The notes: generated by a model not told the origin, from the letters alone. Positions 1-9,085 are shown, counted from the first letter of the stretch. The stretch is DNA of 64,000 nucleotides from an uncultured delta proteobacterium (GCA_963782055.1 CAWAIF010000003.1:4320001-4384000), one strand, 5' to 3'. Numbers and translations: made by a program.

Positions 1-133
1 AGATGGCCTTCACCGGGCCGGTCACCACGTACTGCGCGGTCTTGTACTTGAGGTGGAGGCGTCCCTTGCGCTCCACGCCGAGGAGCGTCCCGCACTTGCG
101 GCACCGCCACTCCTTGTCGCCTTGCTCGTCCAT
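1..133 (-). CDS. Small Zn-ribbon protein, Mu Com-like (runs off the window edge)
   Basis: Manual translation MDEQGDKEWRCRKCGTLLGVERKGRLHLKYK...; CxxC-x2-LL motif; GAGGAG RBS upstream; too short for the ORF track. Confidence 0.6.
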   Translation of the reverse strand, partial: MDEQGDKEWRCRKCGTLLGVERKGRLHLKYKTAQYVVTGPVKAI

Positions 134-362
134 CGCTGGTCTCCTCGCGGCGGCGTTGTTGCCGTCGACGAGAGGCAGTCTCCGGATCGGGAGGGACGAC
201 GGAGGGTGATGGGAGGGCGAAGCGAGGACGCGCTACAATCTCACTTCGGCAGCTTTTACCGTGGAGTTCTAGGCGGTTCCACGCGTCGTTGCCCGAGGCA
301 ACAGACCGGCAACCAGACCGACCCTTGCGCGGGTGCCTGCGGCGACACATCTATTGACGTGC

Positions 363-1067
363 GTGATTGAGCTTACCCCTTTTCGTGACCGCCTGCGGGA
401 GATCCTGGCGGAGAAGCATCCTGGCGAGGGCGCCCAAGCCTGGCTCGCGAGGGCCTCGGGCGCGGAGCGATCGACGATCTCGCGCATCCTCCAGGGCCGC
501 GTGCCGTCGCGCGAGACGCTCGATCTGATCGCTCCCGTACTCGGGATCACGGTCGACGAGCTCGTCGACGGGACGGAGGCGGCGGCGAAGACAAAGATGG
601 GGCCCGAGTTCGTTCCGAACGAGCACTACACGGGCGCCGTCGCGAAGATGCTGGAGTTCGAGCGACGCGCCAACGACGCCGAGGCGCTTGCGCGCCAACA
701 CGCGCGCACTGGCGCCGAGGAGCTCGAGCGTCGTCATCGCGCGGAAGACCAAGTGGCGTCGCTCGAGCGCGATAACCGCGAGATTCGCGATGACGTCGCG
801 AAGGGTCAGAGCGAGATCTCGCATCTGCACCACCGCGTTCGCCGCCGAACGGAAGCGCTCGAGAAAGCGGTGAAGGAGCTGAACGAACTTCGCGCGCGCG
901 TCGCCGAGCTGAGGGCGATCGCGGAGGACGGACAGAAGACGGGGCGCATCGCCGCCATCCTGGCTGCCGTCGCCGCCTTCACTGGCGTCGTTACTGTCGC
1001 GACCTACCTCGGGAGAGACGATGACGACGATGAGGATGACAAAGACGCCGAAGGGAGCGCGAAGTGA
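363..1067 (+). CDS. XRE-family HTH protein with long coiled coil, C-terminal TM helix and acidic tail
   Basis: QAWLARASGAERSTISRILQG..PSRETLDLIAPVLGITVDELV (XRE HTH); heptad-rich middle; IAAILAAVAAFTGVVTVATYL hydrophobic segment; DDDDDEDD tail. Start uncertain (333 or 363). Confidence 0.8.
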   Translation: MIELTPFRDRLREILAEKHPGEGAQAWLARASGAERSTISRILQGRVPSRETLDLIAPVLGITVDELVDGTEAAAKTKMGPEFVPNEHYTGAVAKMLEFERRANDAEALARQHARTGAEELERRHRAEDQVASLERDNREIRDDVAKGQSEISHLHHRVRRRTEALEKAVKELNELRARVAELRAIAEDGQKTGRIAAILAAVAAFTGVVTVATYLGRDDDDDEDDKDAEGSAK

Positions 1068-1855
1068 CGACGCTGAAGAAACTGCGGAAGTGGTTGCAGG
1101 AGACGCCGAGCGAAGTGCCCGCGGAGCTCGCGATGGCTGGTATGACGGTTGAACACGTCGGCGGGCTCGCGGACGCGCTGGAGGCCGAGGAGAGCAAGCC
1201 GCCGTGTATCGCCCTGATCGGCGAGACGGGCGTCGGCAAGACGTCGACCATCAACGCGCTGTTCGGGAAAGGCCTCGACGTGAGCCACGCGCGCGCGTGC
1301 ACGCAGATCGAGACCGAGATCATCGGGGAGCGCGGGCAGCCGGTGCGCGTGTTCGACATGCCCGGGCTCGGCGAAGATCTCGACGTCGACGAAAGGCACT
1401 TCGAGACCTACAGGCGCGTCCTCCCCGACGTTGACGCGGTCGTGTGGATCTTGAAGGCCGACAACCGCGCGATGACCAACGTGCAGCGCTCGCTCGGTCG
1501 GCTCGTCAAGGAGAACATCCTCGACCCCAGTAAGTTGGTCATCGCCCTTAATCAGGTCGATCTCGTCCAGCCTGGCGACTGGGATCGGCAGATCAATCTG
1601 CCGTCGCCCGAACAGGAGCTCACGATCGCGAAGCGACGCGACGATGTGCTGGAGAAGACCCGGAAGGTAGTGAAGCTGCCGGAGCGACACGTCGTCGCGT
1701 ATTCGGCGCGCACGTTCTTCAACCTGGATGCCCTACTCGAAGCGCTGCTCGACGCGTGCGACGAGACCCGGCGCTGGATGCTTCACGACCGCGCACGTTG
1801 CGCAGATTTCAATTCGCTCGTCGACCTCTCGTTGGCGAGCGCGGAGGCGGAGTAA
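1064..1855 (+). CDS. TRAFAC GTPase, YfjP/YeeP/YkfA-like (MMR_HSR1-type)
   Basis: G1 GETGVGKT, G2 ACT, G3 DMPG, G4-like NQVD, G5 YSA; start overlaps upstream stop (GTGA). Confidence 0.85.
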   Translation: MTTLKKLRKWLQETPSEVPAELAMAGMTVEHVGGLADALEAEESKPPCIALIGETGVGKTSTINALFGKGLDVSHARACTQIETEIIGERGQPVRVFDMPGLGEDLDVDERHFETYRRVLPDVDAVVWILKADNRAMTNVQRSLGRLVKENILDPSKLVIALNQVDLVQPGDWDRQINLPSPEQELTIAKRRDDVLEKTRKVVKLPERHVVAYSARTFFNLDALLEALLDACDETRRWMLHDRARCADFNSLVDLSLASAEAE

Positions 1856-1860
1856 AAACC

Positions 1861-2052
1861 ATGGCTCAGTCATTCACCCAGGAACAAACGGCGCGTCTCG
1901 AGGAAGCCCGCCTGCGCCAACAGCAGACGCGCGACCGCATCGAGTCGATCGCGACGAACTCGATCATGGCGTGGCTCTCGCGCGTCCTCGCGCCGATCGT
2001 CCGCAACGCCGTCCGCGGCGTCGTCGATTGGTTCTGGAAGTTCTTCGGTTAG
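1861..2052 (+). CDS. 63-aa protein with amphipathic Trp/Phe-rich C-terminal helix
   Basis: ATG 5 nt after the GTPase stop with GGAG RBS; MAQSFTQEQ...WLSRVLAPIVRNAVRGVVDWFWKFFG. Confidence 0.7.
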   Translation: MAQSFTQEQTARLEEARLRQQQTRDRIESIATNSIMAWLSRVLAPIVRNAVRGVVDWFWKFFG

Positions 2053-2071
2053 GTCCTCGACCCGCCGGCCG

Positions 2072-3211
2072 TCATGGCCCCACTGGTATCGTGACGGCGA
2101 ACCTGAATTCGGCCGTGGGGTTGAACTGCCACCGCTTCGCCTCTGGCGTGTCGGCGGCGAGCGTGTGGATCGCGCGCCACCTGTAGCGCCCCTGCTTCAC
2201 GTCGACCTTGCTGCGCGCGCGCTCGACGACCTTGTCGATGGCGTTGACGCCGACGCTCGCGAAGTCGCCCGCGCGGAGCGCCTTGCGCGTCGAGATCAGC
2301 TCCACGAGCGCCGCCGCCTCGTGCTTCGTCAGCGCGGTCTCCTCCGCCACGCCGCGGTCGTCGCGTCGTACGCCTCGGTGGCCGCCGCCGTCGACCGTGA
2401 TGGTCGTGTCGATGAAGAGGTCGAGCTCGGCGGCGCGTGCGACGAGCGCCATGTACTCCTCCGCGATGAGGGCGCGACGCCCATCCTGGTCGACGACCAT
2501 GCACATCGGGGAATGCGCGCCGTACGGTTGCCCCGCCGGCTCGCGCAGCGACAGGAGCGGCTCCGGCAGCTCTCCGGCGATGGCGCCGGCTTCGAGCCGG
2601 AGGAGGTCGCGTAGGAGCACGATCTCGGCGCGCTGCCCGAGGCCGAAGCGATCGCGCGCCGCCGTCGCGAGTCCGAGGCCGAAGGGCACGATGACGAGCG
2701 CGTCGCCGCGCGCGGCGGCCCACGCCTCGAAGCCAGGGAACGCGGGCGACAGCGCGAGGAACACGGCACGCCCGGCCCGGTCGCCAATCCTCCGGGCATC
2801 CGGGAAGCCGGCGTCGCCTTGCTCGACCGCGCCGCCCACGCCGAGGGTGCGCCGCAGGACGCGCACCAGGCCGTCCACCGAGAGCTGGAGCGTCTCGCGG
2901 TCCTCTGGGCGCAGGAGGACCTCAGAGCACGAGCCATCGTCGCGCCCGCACACCGCCACGAACGGATGGGATGCGCAGCCATGGTTCGTGACGACGCGAC
3001 GCGGGCACCCGTCGCCCCACGGCCCGCCGCATGGGTGTGAGAGCGTCGCCTCCTTTTCGACGAGCACGCCAAGGCGCACGAGCAGCGTCGTGACCTCGGC
3101 GCCGATCCGTTCGCGCCACTGGGAGGCGAGCAGAGTCGGCGCCTTCGCCTGCTCGACCAGCCGGAGCAGCTCGTCGAGCGGACGACGGGGCGCGTTCCCG
3201 GTCGGCGTCAT
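2072..3211 (-). CDS. Hypothetical protein with Cys cluster and possible C-terminal winged-helix-like region
   Basis: 379-aa ORF with normal composition; C-x6-C...C-x5-C; overlaps upstream stop (ATGA). Confidence 0.7.
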   Translation of the reverse strand: MTPTGNAPRRPLDELLRLVEQAKAPTLLASQWRERIGAEVTTLLVRLGVLVEKEATLSHPCGGPWGDGCPRRVVTNHGCASHPFVAVCGRDDGSCSEVLLRPEDRETLQLSVDGLVRVLRRTLGVGGAVEQGDAGFPDARRIGDRAGRAVFLALSPAFPGFEAWAAARGDALVIVPFGLGLATAARDRFGLGQRAEIVLLRDLLRLEAGAIAGELPEPLLSLREPAGQPYGAHSPMCMVVDQDGRRALIAEEYMALVARAAELDLFIDTTITVDGGGHRGVRRDDRGVAEETALTKHEAAALVELISTRKALRAGDFASVGVNAIDKVVERARSKVDVKQGRYRWRAIHTLAADTPEAKRWQFNPTAEFRFAVTIPVGP

Positions 3212-4398
3212 CGCGCCCCCGCGCCGACCGGCGACGCTTGCGCCGGCATTCGCATGAACCCGCTCTCGAGCAGGTACTCGCGGACGATGTCGCCGCCGAA
3301 GCGCCGGTCGAAGCTCAGATGGTTCGGGACCTGGACGTCGACGCGCACTGCGCGCGGACGCCCGGAGAGCACCAGCGCGAGCTGGAATTGCAGCACGTCC
3401 CCGTAGAGCAGAACGAGACGACCGAGCGGGGTCGCGAGGAGCGGTCCGAGGTCGTTCGCCTTCCAGGTGATCACCCCGCCGCTCGCGAGATCGGACGAGC
3501 CGATCTTCATCTCGCGAAGCACCACGCCAGCGAGCCCTGGGACGCCGTGCGGCTGGAGCGCCGCGCCGCCCTCCTCGGCGAGCGGCTCGCCCGTGAATAC
3601 CGGCTGCGCGACGAAGTGCTCTTCGTCACCCCAGAAGACGCGGCCGAGCACGCGCCGGTAGAAGTCCTGCTCGCCGAAGAACTGCGCGTTCACCGCGAGG
3701 CGCCCGGTGCGCCGATCGAACACGAGGATGTCGTGCTTGTCGGGCACGTACGTCACGCGCGAGCGGCGGTCGTCGCTCTCGATGGCTCCGTGGTTGCGCG
3801 GCGGCCGTCCGTGGATGATGACGAAGCTCACCTCGTCGCCGACCTCGCTCACGCGCACGTCGCAGAACGCTGTGCGATTCCGATCGCGGAACCAAGCGCC
3901 GATGGCGCGCGCGAGCAGAGCGCGCTTCGCGACGCTGTCCTGGCCCGCCAGCGGCGACGCGTCCTTCGCGAAGAACTCCACGAACCGGCGCGCCTCCGTC
4001 GACTGCGTTCGGGCGTGCGCGCTGCGGAAGACGTCGCGGTGATCGAGGTACACCTCGAACGCGAGGTCCTCCGGCGTCGTGCGCGCGTTGACGGTGAAGA
4101 GCCCGAGCTGCTGGCTCTTCGCGATCGACAGCACGTGCTCGTGCGCGCTCTCGGTCGTCAGGTCGGCGACGTCGAGCAGTCCTTGTTGCAGCTCCCCGGG
4201 GAGCTCCGGGTCGACGGCGTTCAGCACCGCGTGCAGCGCCGCGATCCACTCCGTTGCGCAGGCGACGCCGTCGAGCGCGACGCCACGCGACGTGAGGTAG
4301 TCCTCGAAGGGACGAAGAAACCGGATCAGTAGCTCCGGTCGAACGGCCTCGAGCAGGTCGAGGCGAACCAAGTGCGCGGTCAGTGCGACGTGCTGCAT
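3208..4398 (-). CDS. Hypothetical protein of a type seen in recombinase-bearing integrative elements
   Basis: Long ORF; likely start MQHVAL at 4398 after a G-rich RBS. Confidence 0.7.
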   Translation of the reverse strand: MQHVALTAHLVRLDLLEAVRPELLIRFLRPFEDYLTSRGVALDGVACATEWIAALHAVLNAVDPELPGELQQGLLDVADLTTESAHEHVLSIAKSQQLGLFTVNARTTPEDLAFEVYLDHRDVFRSAHARTQSTEARRFVEFFAKDASPLAGQDSVAKRALLARAIGAWFRDRNRTAFCDVRVSEVGDEVSFVIIHGRPPRNHGAIESDDRRSRVTYVPDKHDILVFDRRTGRLAVNAQFFGEQDFYRRVLGRVFWGDEEHFVAQPVFTGEPLAEEGGAALQPHGVPGLAGVVLREMKIGSSDLASGGVITWKANDLGPLLATPLGRLVLLYGDVLQFQLALVLSGRPRAVRVDVQVPNHLSFDRRFGGDIVREYLLESGFMRMPAQASPVGAGAR

Positions 4399-4411
4399 CC
4401 CCCCGCTCCGC

Positions 4412-4594
4412 TCAGCGATCGCGCAGACGCGCTTGGGGACGAACCTCCTGGGCGAAGGCGGCGAGTACGGCCGCGGGGAACGGCGCCGCATGGCACCGCG
4501 AGACTGCGCGATCGGCAGTCGCTCGAGGGGTGAGCTCAGCGAGTTCTTGGATCGGGACCTTGGGGCGCTTCTTCTGGAACGTTTTCGTGCTCAT
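4412..4594 (-). CDS. Small basic protein, first gene of the operon
   Basis: GGAGG RBS then MSTKTFQKKRPK...; ends 13 nt before the next start. Confidence 0.45.
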   Translation of the reverse strand: MSTKTFQKKRPKVPIQELAELTPRATADRAVSRCHAAPFPAAVLAAFAQEVRPQARLRDR

Positions 4595-4642
4595 CGAGCC
4601 TCCTGGTTCGAGGGGTCTATGGATTTGCTCCATCGCGATGTA

Positions 4643-4659
4643 CTGCGCACGTGTTCAGG
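4643..4659. promoter_or_regulatory. Putative LexA (SOS) box
   Basis: CTGCGCACGTGTTCAGG matches the Myxococcus LexA consensus CTRHAMRYBYGTTCAGS at 16 of 17 positions. Confidence 0.6.
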
Positions 4660-4770
4660 TATCCACAGGCCGAAACGGACGTGGGTTCAACTGGTTCGGC
4701 GCCGCTCTCCACAGGTTTGCGTCCGGCGATCAGGAAGCGCGTGAAGGCGCGCGCAACGACCGGTCGTCCC

Positions 4771-5031
4771 CTCGGCGTCCAGCAGAGCGCCGACGAGGTC
4801 GAGGTTCTCTTCACCTTGATGGCCGAGCGCTACGAGCGTCGCTCCATCCTCATCACGAGCAACCTCGTCTTCGGCGAGTGGGATCGGATCTTCAAGAATC
4901 CCATGACCACCGCCGCCGCCATCGATCGCCTCGTGCACCACTCGGCGATCCTGGAATTCTCAGGACGCAGCAAGCGTGCCGACGACGCCGAGTCCCGCTC
5001 GAAGAAGGGACCCTCCGAGGCGACCACGTGA
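4771..5031 (+). pseudogene. istB: IS21-family helper ATPase IstB, C-terminal fragment
   Basis: QQSADEVEVLFTLMAERYERRSILITSNLVFGEWDRIFKNPMTTAAAIDRLVHH; Walker A region and istA absent. Confidence 0.9.
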
Positions 5032-5157
5032 CGACAACTACCGAGGGCCAGCGACAACTACGCGACGACTACAACTACACGAGGCACGAACCATGAACCT
5101 GGCGACCACCTGCAAGAATAGTTGTCGCCACCATGCAGGGATAGTTGACGTCCATCA
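4771..5157 (+). mobile_element. IS21-family remnant with right end
   Basis: istB tail, then repeats TGCAAGAATAGTTGTCG / TGCAGGGATAGTTGACG ending ...TCCATCA at 5157; inverted CGACAACTA copies at 5032 and 5052. Confidence 0.75.
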
Positions 5158-6122
5158 ACGTCGGCCGGATCATCGTGGAACGCGAGCAGCGCGGCGCCCG
5201 CCGTGCCGAGTACGGCGCTGCCGTCCTGGAGCGCCTCGCCGAGACGCTGACCGGGCGCTTCGGGCGCGGCTTTTCGCGGCGCAACATCGAGCAAATGCGC
5301 GCCTTCTACCTGGCCTGGCCAATACCGCAGACGGCGCCTGCCATTTTGCCCGCCAGAAAAGCGCAGACACTGTCTGCGCTTTCCGGCGCGCGTTCGTTCG
5401 CTCTGCCTTGGTCCCACTACGTCCGCCTGCTCTCTGTGAGCAACGCGAGCGCCCGCGCGTTCTACGAGACCGAGGCGCTGCGCGGCGGGTGGACCATCCG
5501 GCAGCTCTCACGGCAGATCGAGACGCAGTTCTACGAGCGCACCGCCCTGTCCAAGAACAAGGCCGCGATGCTCGCCAAAGGCGAGCGGCGTCGGTCCACC
5601 GATGCACTCTCGCCGGAGGAGGAGCTGAAGGATCCGTTCGTCCTCGAGTTCCTCGGCCTGCGCGACGAATACTCGGAGTCGGAGCTCGAAGACGCGCTCG
5701 TCCGGCACCTCAAAAATTTCCTCCTCGAGCTCGGCGGCGACTTCACGTTCGTAGGGCGACAGCGGCGTCTGCGCGTTGGCAACGCGTGGTACCGCGTCGA
5801 TCTCCTCTTCTTCCACCGCGCGCTTCGCTGCCTCGTCGTGATCGATCTGAAGCTCGGGGCGTTCACGCACGCCGATGCGGGGCAGATGCACCTGTACCTG
5901 AACTACGCGCGCGAGCACTGGACCCGGCCCGGCGAGAACCCGCCCGTCGGCTTAATCCTCTGCGCAGAGAAGGACGAAGCGGTCGCCCGCTACGCGCTCG
6001 ACGGACTCCCCAGCAAGATCCTCGCCGCGGAGTACCGGACGAAGCTGCCGCGCGAGAAGGTGCTCGTCGCCGAGATCGAGAAGACGCGACGACTGCTCGC
6101 GCAGCGTATGGGAGGCCGCTGA
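5158..6122 (+). pseudogene. yhcG: YhcG/DUF1016 PD-(D/E)xK nuclease-domain protein, 5'-truncated by IS21
   Basis: GRGFSRRN...LPWSHY...KDPFVLEFL...VDLLFFH...VVIDLK...GQMHLYLNY; homologous sequence begins right after the IS end. Confidence 0.85.
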
Positions 6123-6126
6123 GACG

Positions 6127-6242
6127 ATGGCGACCAAGCGACGCAGCCCGAAGCTCCCTGCTCCCGCGAATGACGTTCACCTCGCCACGACTCGTGGCGC
6201 GAAGGCGGCGGGCCACGCATGGGCGTTCCGCGCGCGCTTCCG
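6127..6242 (+). repeat. 116-bp imperfect direct repeat, copy 1 (stub of the 11153 gene start)
   Basis: TGGCGACCAAGCGACGCAGCCCGAAGCTCCCTGCTCCCGCGAATGACGT identical at 6128 and 11154; similarity continues to ...GCGCGCTTCCG. Confidence 0.9.
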
Positions 6243-6299
6243 GATGGAGCGGCCAGGATCGTCGAACCCACTCGGGGTCGTTCGAGGTACAAAGCGCGC

Positions 6300-7184
6300 G
6301 TGAAGACATTGACACAGGCTGGCCCGATCGCCACCCGTCTCGTCCACGCGCTGAGTACCGTGAAGGGCGCGCAGGTAGTGGATCTCCGTGCGTTCCGCGA
6401 GGGGACGGCGCGCGCTGCGGAGCTGCAGAAGACCGTCGCGAAGCGCGAGGACCTCGCCGACTTCCACCCCGCGCACGCGCTGTACGTCTACGTGCAGAAC
6501 CAGGTCTCGGTGCTGGCCGAGCAGCTGACGGCGCTGCCCGAGACCGCGAAGCTGGCCGACCGCATCGAGTCCGCGCAGGACGAATACATGCCGGGCGGGC
6601 CGCCGATGAGCCCGCTGACGACTTCGTACTTCACTTGCTGGGCGTTCTTCAACGCTGCGGTCGGTCAGCGTCGCGAGACGCTGGGAACCTGCGTCGTGGC
6701 CGTCGGCAAAGTGCTCGGCATGGATCCCAGCTTCCTCGCGCTCGTTCAGGCCATGCAGGACTCCTGCATGCGCGTGTACGTGCACGAGGGCTTCAATGCC
6801 GATGGCACGACCAATCTGCGTGACCTCGTGAGCGGTTCTGGCGTGCCCTGCATCGTCCCGAGTGGCTGGCGAGGTGCCCGAGGCGAGGTCTGCCTTGCCC
6901 GCGTGCTGCCGCCCCCGCTTGGCGCGGCAGAGGTCTCGGTGGTCTTCACGACGCCCTACGTTCTACGTGGCGCGAGCGAGCAGGACTGGGCCGCCTACCT
7001 CGATCGCACGCTCGGGGCCGCGAAGGGTGATGCGAACAAGACGATCGCTGCCTTGAAGTTCGGCATCGACTGGAGCGAGTACATCTTCGCTGGCTACGCG
7101 GGGCACGTCACCGAGGCCATCTTCCTCGAGGGCCTGCCCGACGTGCCGGCGTCGCTGCCCCACTACAGCCCGAGGGCGCGGTAG
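6300..7184 (+). CDS. Hypothetical protein (YMPGGPPMSPLTTSYF motif)
   Basis: ORF with normal composition; GTG start at 6300 likely. Confidence 0.7.
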   Translation: MKTLTQAGPIATRLVHALSTVKGAQVVDLRAFREGTARAAELQKTVAKREDLADFHPAHALYVYVQNQVSVLAEQLTALPETAKLADRIESAQDEYMPGGPPMSPLTTSYFTCWAFFNAAVGQRRETLGTCVVAVGKVLGMDPSFLALVQAMQDSCMRVYVHEGFNADGTTNLRDLVSGSGVPCIVPSGWRGARGEVCLARVLPPPLGAAEVSVVFTTPYVLRGASEQDWAAYLDRTLGAAKGDANKTIAALKFGIDWSEYIFAGYAGHVTEAIFLEGLPDVPASLPHYSPRAR

Positions 7185-7186
7185 TC

Positions 7187-7852
7187 ATGGGCTGGCGCTC
7201 CGACCGCTGGCAGCCGTACCAGCCGCGCCCGAAGGTGGCGAAGCTCTCCGCTGAGCAGCTTGGGCGGCTCCGCGACACGGCTTCACGGTTCGTCGCGCGC
7301 TCGAAGGTACTGGGCACGCTCGTCGAGCGTGTCGAGCTCACTCGCGGCCGCGTGTATCTCTGGCGCGACGAGACCGATCTGATGGCACGCATCTCGCCCC
7401 TCTCGTCGGCGACGTTCATCATCGAAGCCCAGCGCGGAAACGGTTGGTCCGAGCACGCTCGCGGCACCCTTCGCGTCGTTCTCGGTGCCCTGGAGCGCGA
7501 CCGGTTTGGCGGCTTCCACGGTCTCGGCGCCCTCGCGAGAAGGCCCAAGACCGGCGACTCGAGCGTGCTGGCGACTCTGCACCGCACGTTCGGCGTTCCG
7601 CTCCCCGTCGTCGCTGAGCCGCGTGAGTGGTATGCGCTTCGGCGGCAGCCAGAGATCGTCGAGCACGATGCCAAACGGGGACGCGTGCTCGTCCGCTTCT
7701 CCGCCATCGGGCCCTTCGGCAGCTTCGGCGGAACGTGCCTCTACGCGCTTCGCGACGGTGAATGGGGTTGCTACGTCATCAAGCCGAGCGCATCGGCCTC
7801 CCTCTCCTCGGCAGAGGCCTGGCTCGCCAAGCGATCGTGGCAGGGGTGGTGA
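7187..7852 (+). CDS. Hypothetical protein
   Basis: 221-aa ORF tightly coupled to neighbours. Confidence 0.65.
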   Translation: MGWRSDRWQPYQPRPKVAKLSAEQLGRLRDTASRFVARSKVLGTLVERVELTRGRVYLWRDETDLMARISPLSSATFIIEAQRGNGWSEHARGTLRVVLGALERDRFGGFHGLGALARRPKTGDSSVLATLHRTFGVPLPVVAEPREWYALRRQPEIVEHDAKRGRVLVRFSAIGPFGSFGGTCLYALRDGEWGCYVIKPSASASLSSAEAWLAKRSWQGW

Positions 7853-8251
7853 GCCTGGTGCCGTCTGGAGACGCTCAGCGGGTCTGGTTTCCCGAGATGT
7901 TCGCCGTCCTGACGGCCGCATGGTCGCCCTCGACCACCTGGGACGACCTTGTTGACCTGTGTGGCCGCCTCACCCATCTTCGAACGGATCTCCGACAATC
8001 GCGAGGGATCCAGGCGCCGCTGATGAAGTGCTCGAAGTGCGGAAGCGTCTCGCGAGGGGACATCAAGGGCGTGTCGATCAGAATCGGCGCTGTTCGCGCT
8101 CCGGAAGGTCGGCGCGATCTCTGACACCGACTTCCAGCGCCTCGACCGCGACTGGAAGAACCACAGAGCCTCGCGCCGGCTCGATGCGCTCGGCAAGAAG
8201 AACGATGCGTCGTCGGCCACGGCGACCAGTGCTCCATCTGGGTGCTGCTGA
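7849..8251 (+). pseudogene. Zn-ribbon (CSKC) hypothetical protein with a frameshift near 8083
   Basis: VSLVPSGDAQRVWFPEM...CSKCG...VSIR continues in the +1 frame as SALFALRKVG...GCC*. Confidence 0.6.
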
Positions 8252-8289
8252 ATCATGAACACGCACGACTCGATCCCGTCCGAGTGCGG

Positions 8290-9085
8290 TGGCGCCGTCG
8301 GGACGACGACCGGCGTACACGGGGTTCTGCAGGAGACGCAGAACGGCGCGCGCCGACCACTCGCCTCGCTTGCCGTTCTTCGCGACAAGCCGCAGCGCGT
8401 TCGCTCGCGCCACGAGCTCGGCGGTCGACTTGCCGCTCCCGGCCGCCGTGAAGAACCAACGCACAACGGCTGCCTCCGACTCGACGATGACGAGCTGCTT
8501 CGTCTTCGGATCTGCGGCGTAGCCAAGAGGCACGCGACCCGCGGCGCGTTCTCCGCGGGCCTTCTTCGCGGCGCGCGCGTCGGCCAGGCGCTCGCCGATC
8601 ATGTCGCGCTCCAGCTCGGCGAAGGTCGCGAGCAGGTTGAGCTGCAGCCGCGCGAGGGAGCCGGCCTCGGCGTCGATGGCGCCGTGCACGATGGTGAGGC
8701 CGACGTTGAACCGCTCGAACACCCGCGCGAACAACGCCCAGTCGGTGAGCTTCCGCGTGAGGCGATCGAGCCGGTAGACGATGACGCGCTGGATGTCGCC
8801 GTCCTGGATGCGCGCGATGAGTCTCTCGAGGCCCGGACGCTCGATGGTCGCGCCGCTGTAGCCCTCGTCGTCGAAGCGCTCGCCGATCGGGTACCAGCCG
8901 CGCCAGGCCATGGAGCGGATGAACTCAGTGCAGAGGGTGCGCTGCACCGCGCAGACGCGAGGGCGGGATCGTCCCCGGCGCGCACCACCGACTGGCGCGT
9001 GTACACGGCGCAGCGGATGAGGGGCAGGTCGTCGGGCTCGGTGTCCAAGTTCGTGAAGATATCGCGGGCGGACGGGAGCGGGATG
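8290..9085 (-). pseudogene. Large serine recombinase, frameshifted (~8955) and 3'-truncated
   Basis: RCAVYTRQS in one frame; DDEGYSGATIERPGL..VYRLDRLTR..FAELERDMIGER..PLGY..LLQNPVYAG in another. Confidence 0.85.

Noticed and set aside
1064..1855. Dynamin, Era or EngB housekeeping GTPase
   Set aside because: Too short for dynamin, no KH domain, and the NQVD G4 plus island context fit the YfjP/YeeP type
5031..5157. Short repeats (CGACAACTA, ATAGTTG) as a possible CRISPR or iteron array
   Set aside because: Too short and irregular, no spacers or cas genes; explained as IS21 terminal repeats
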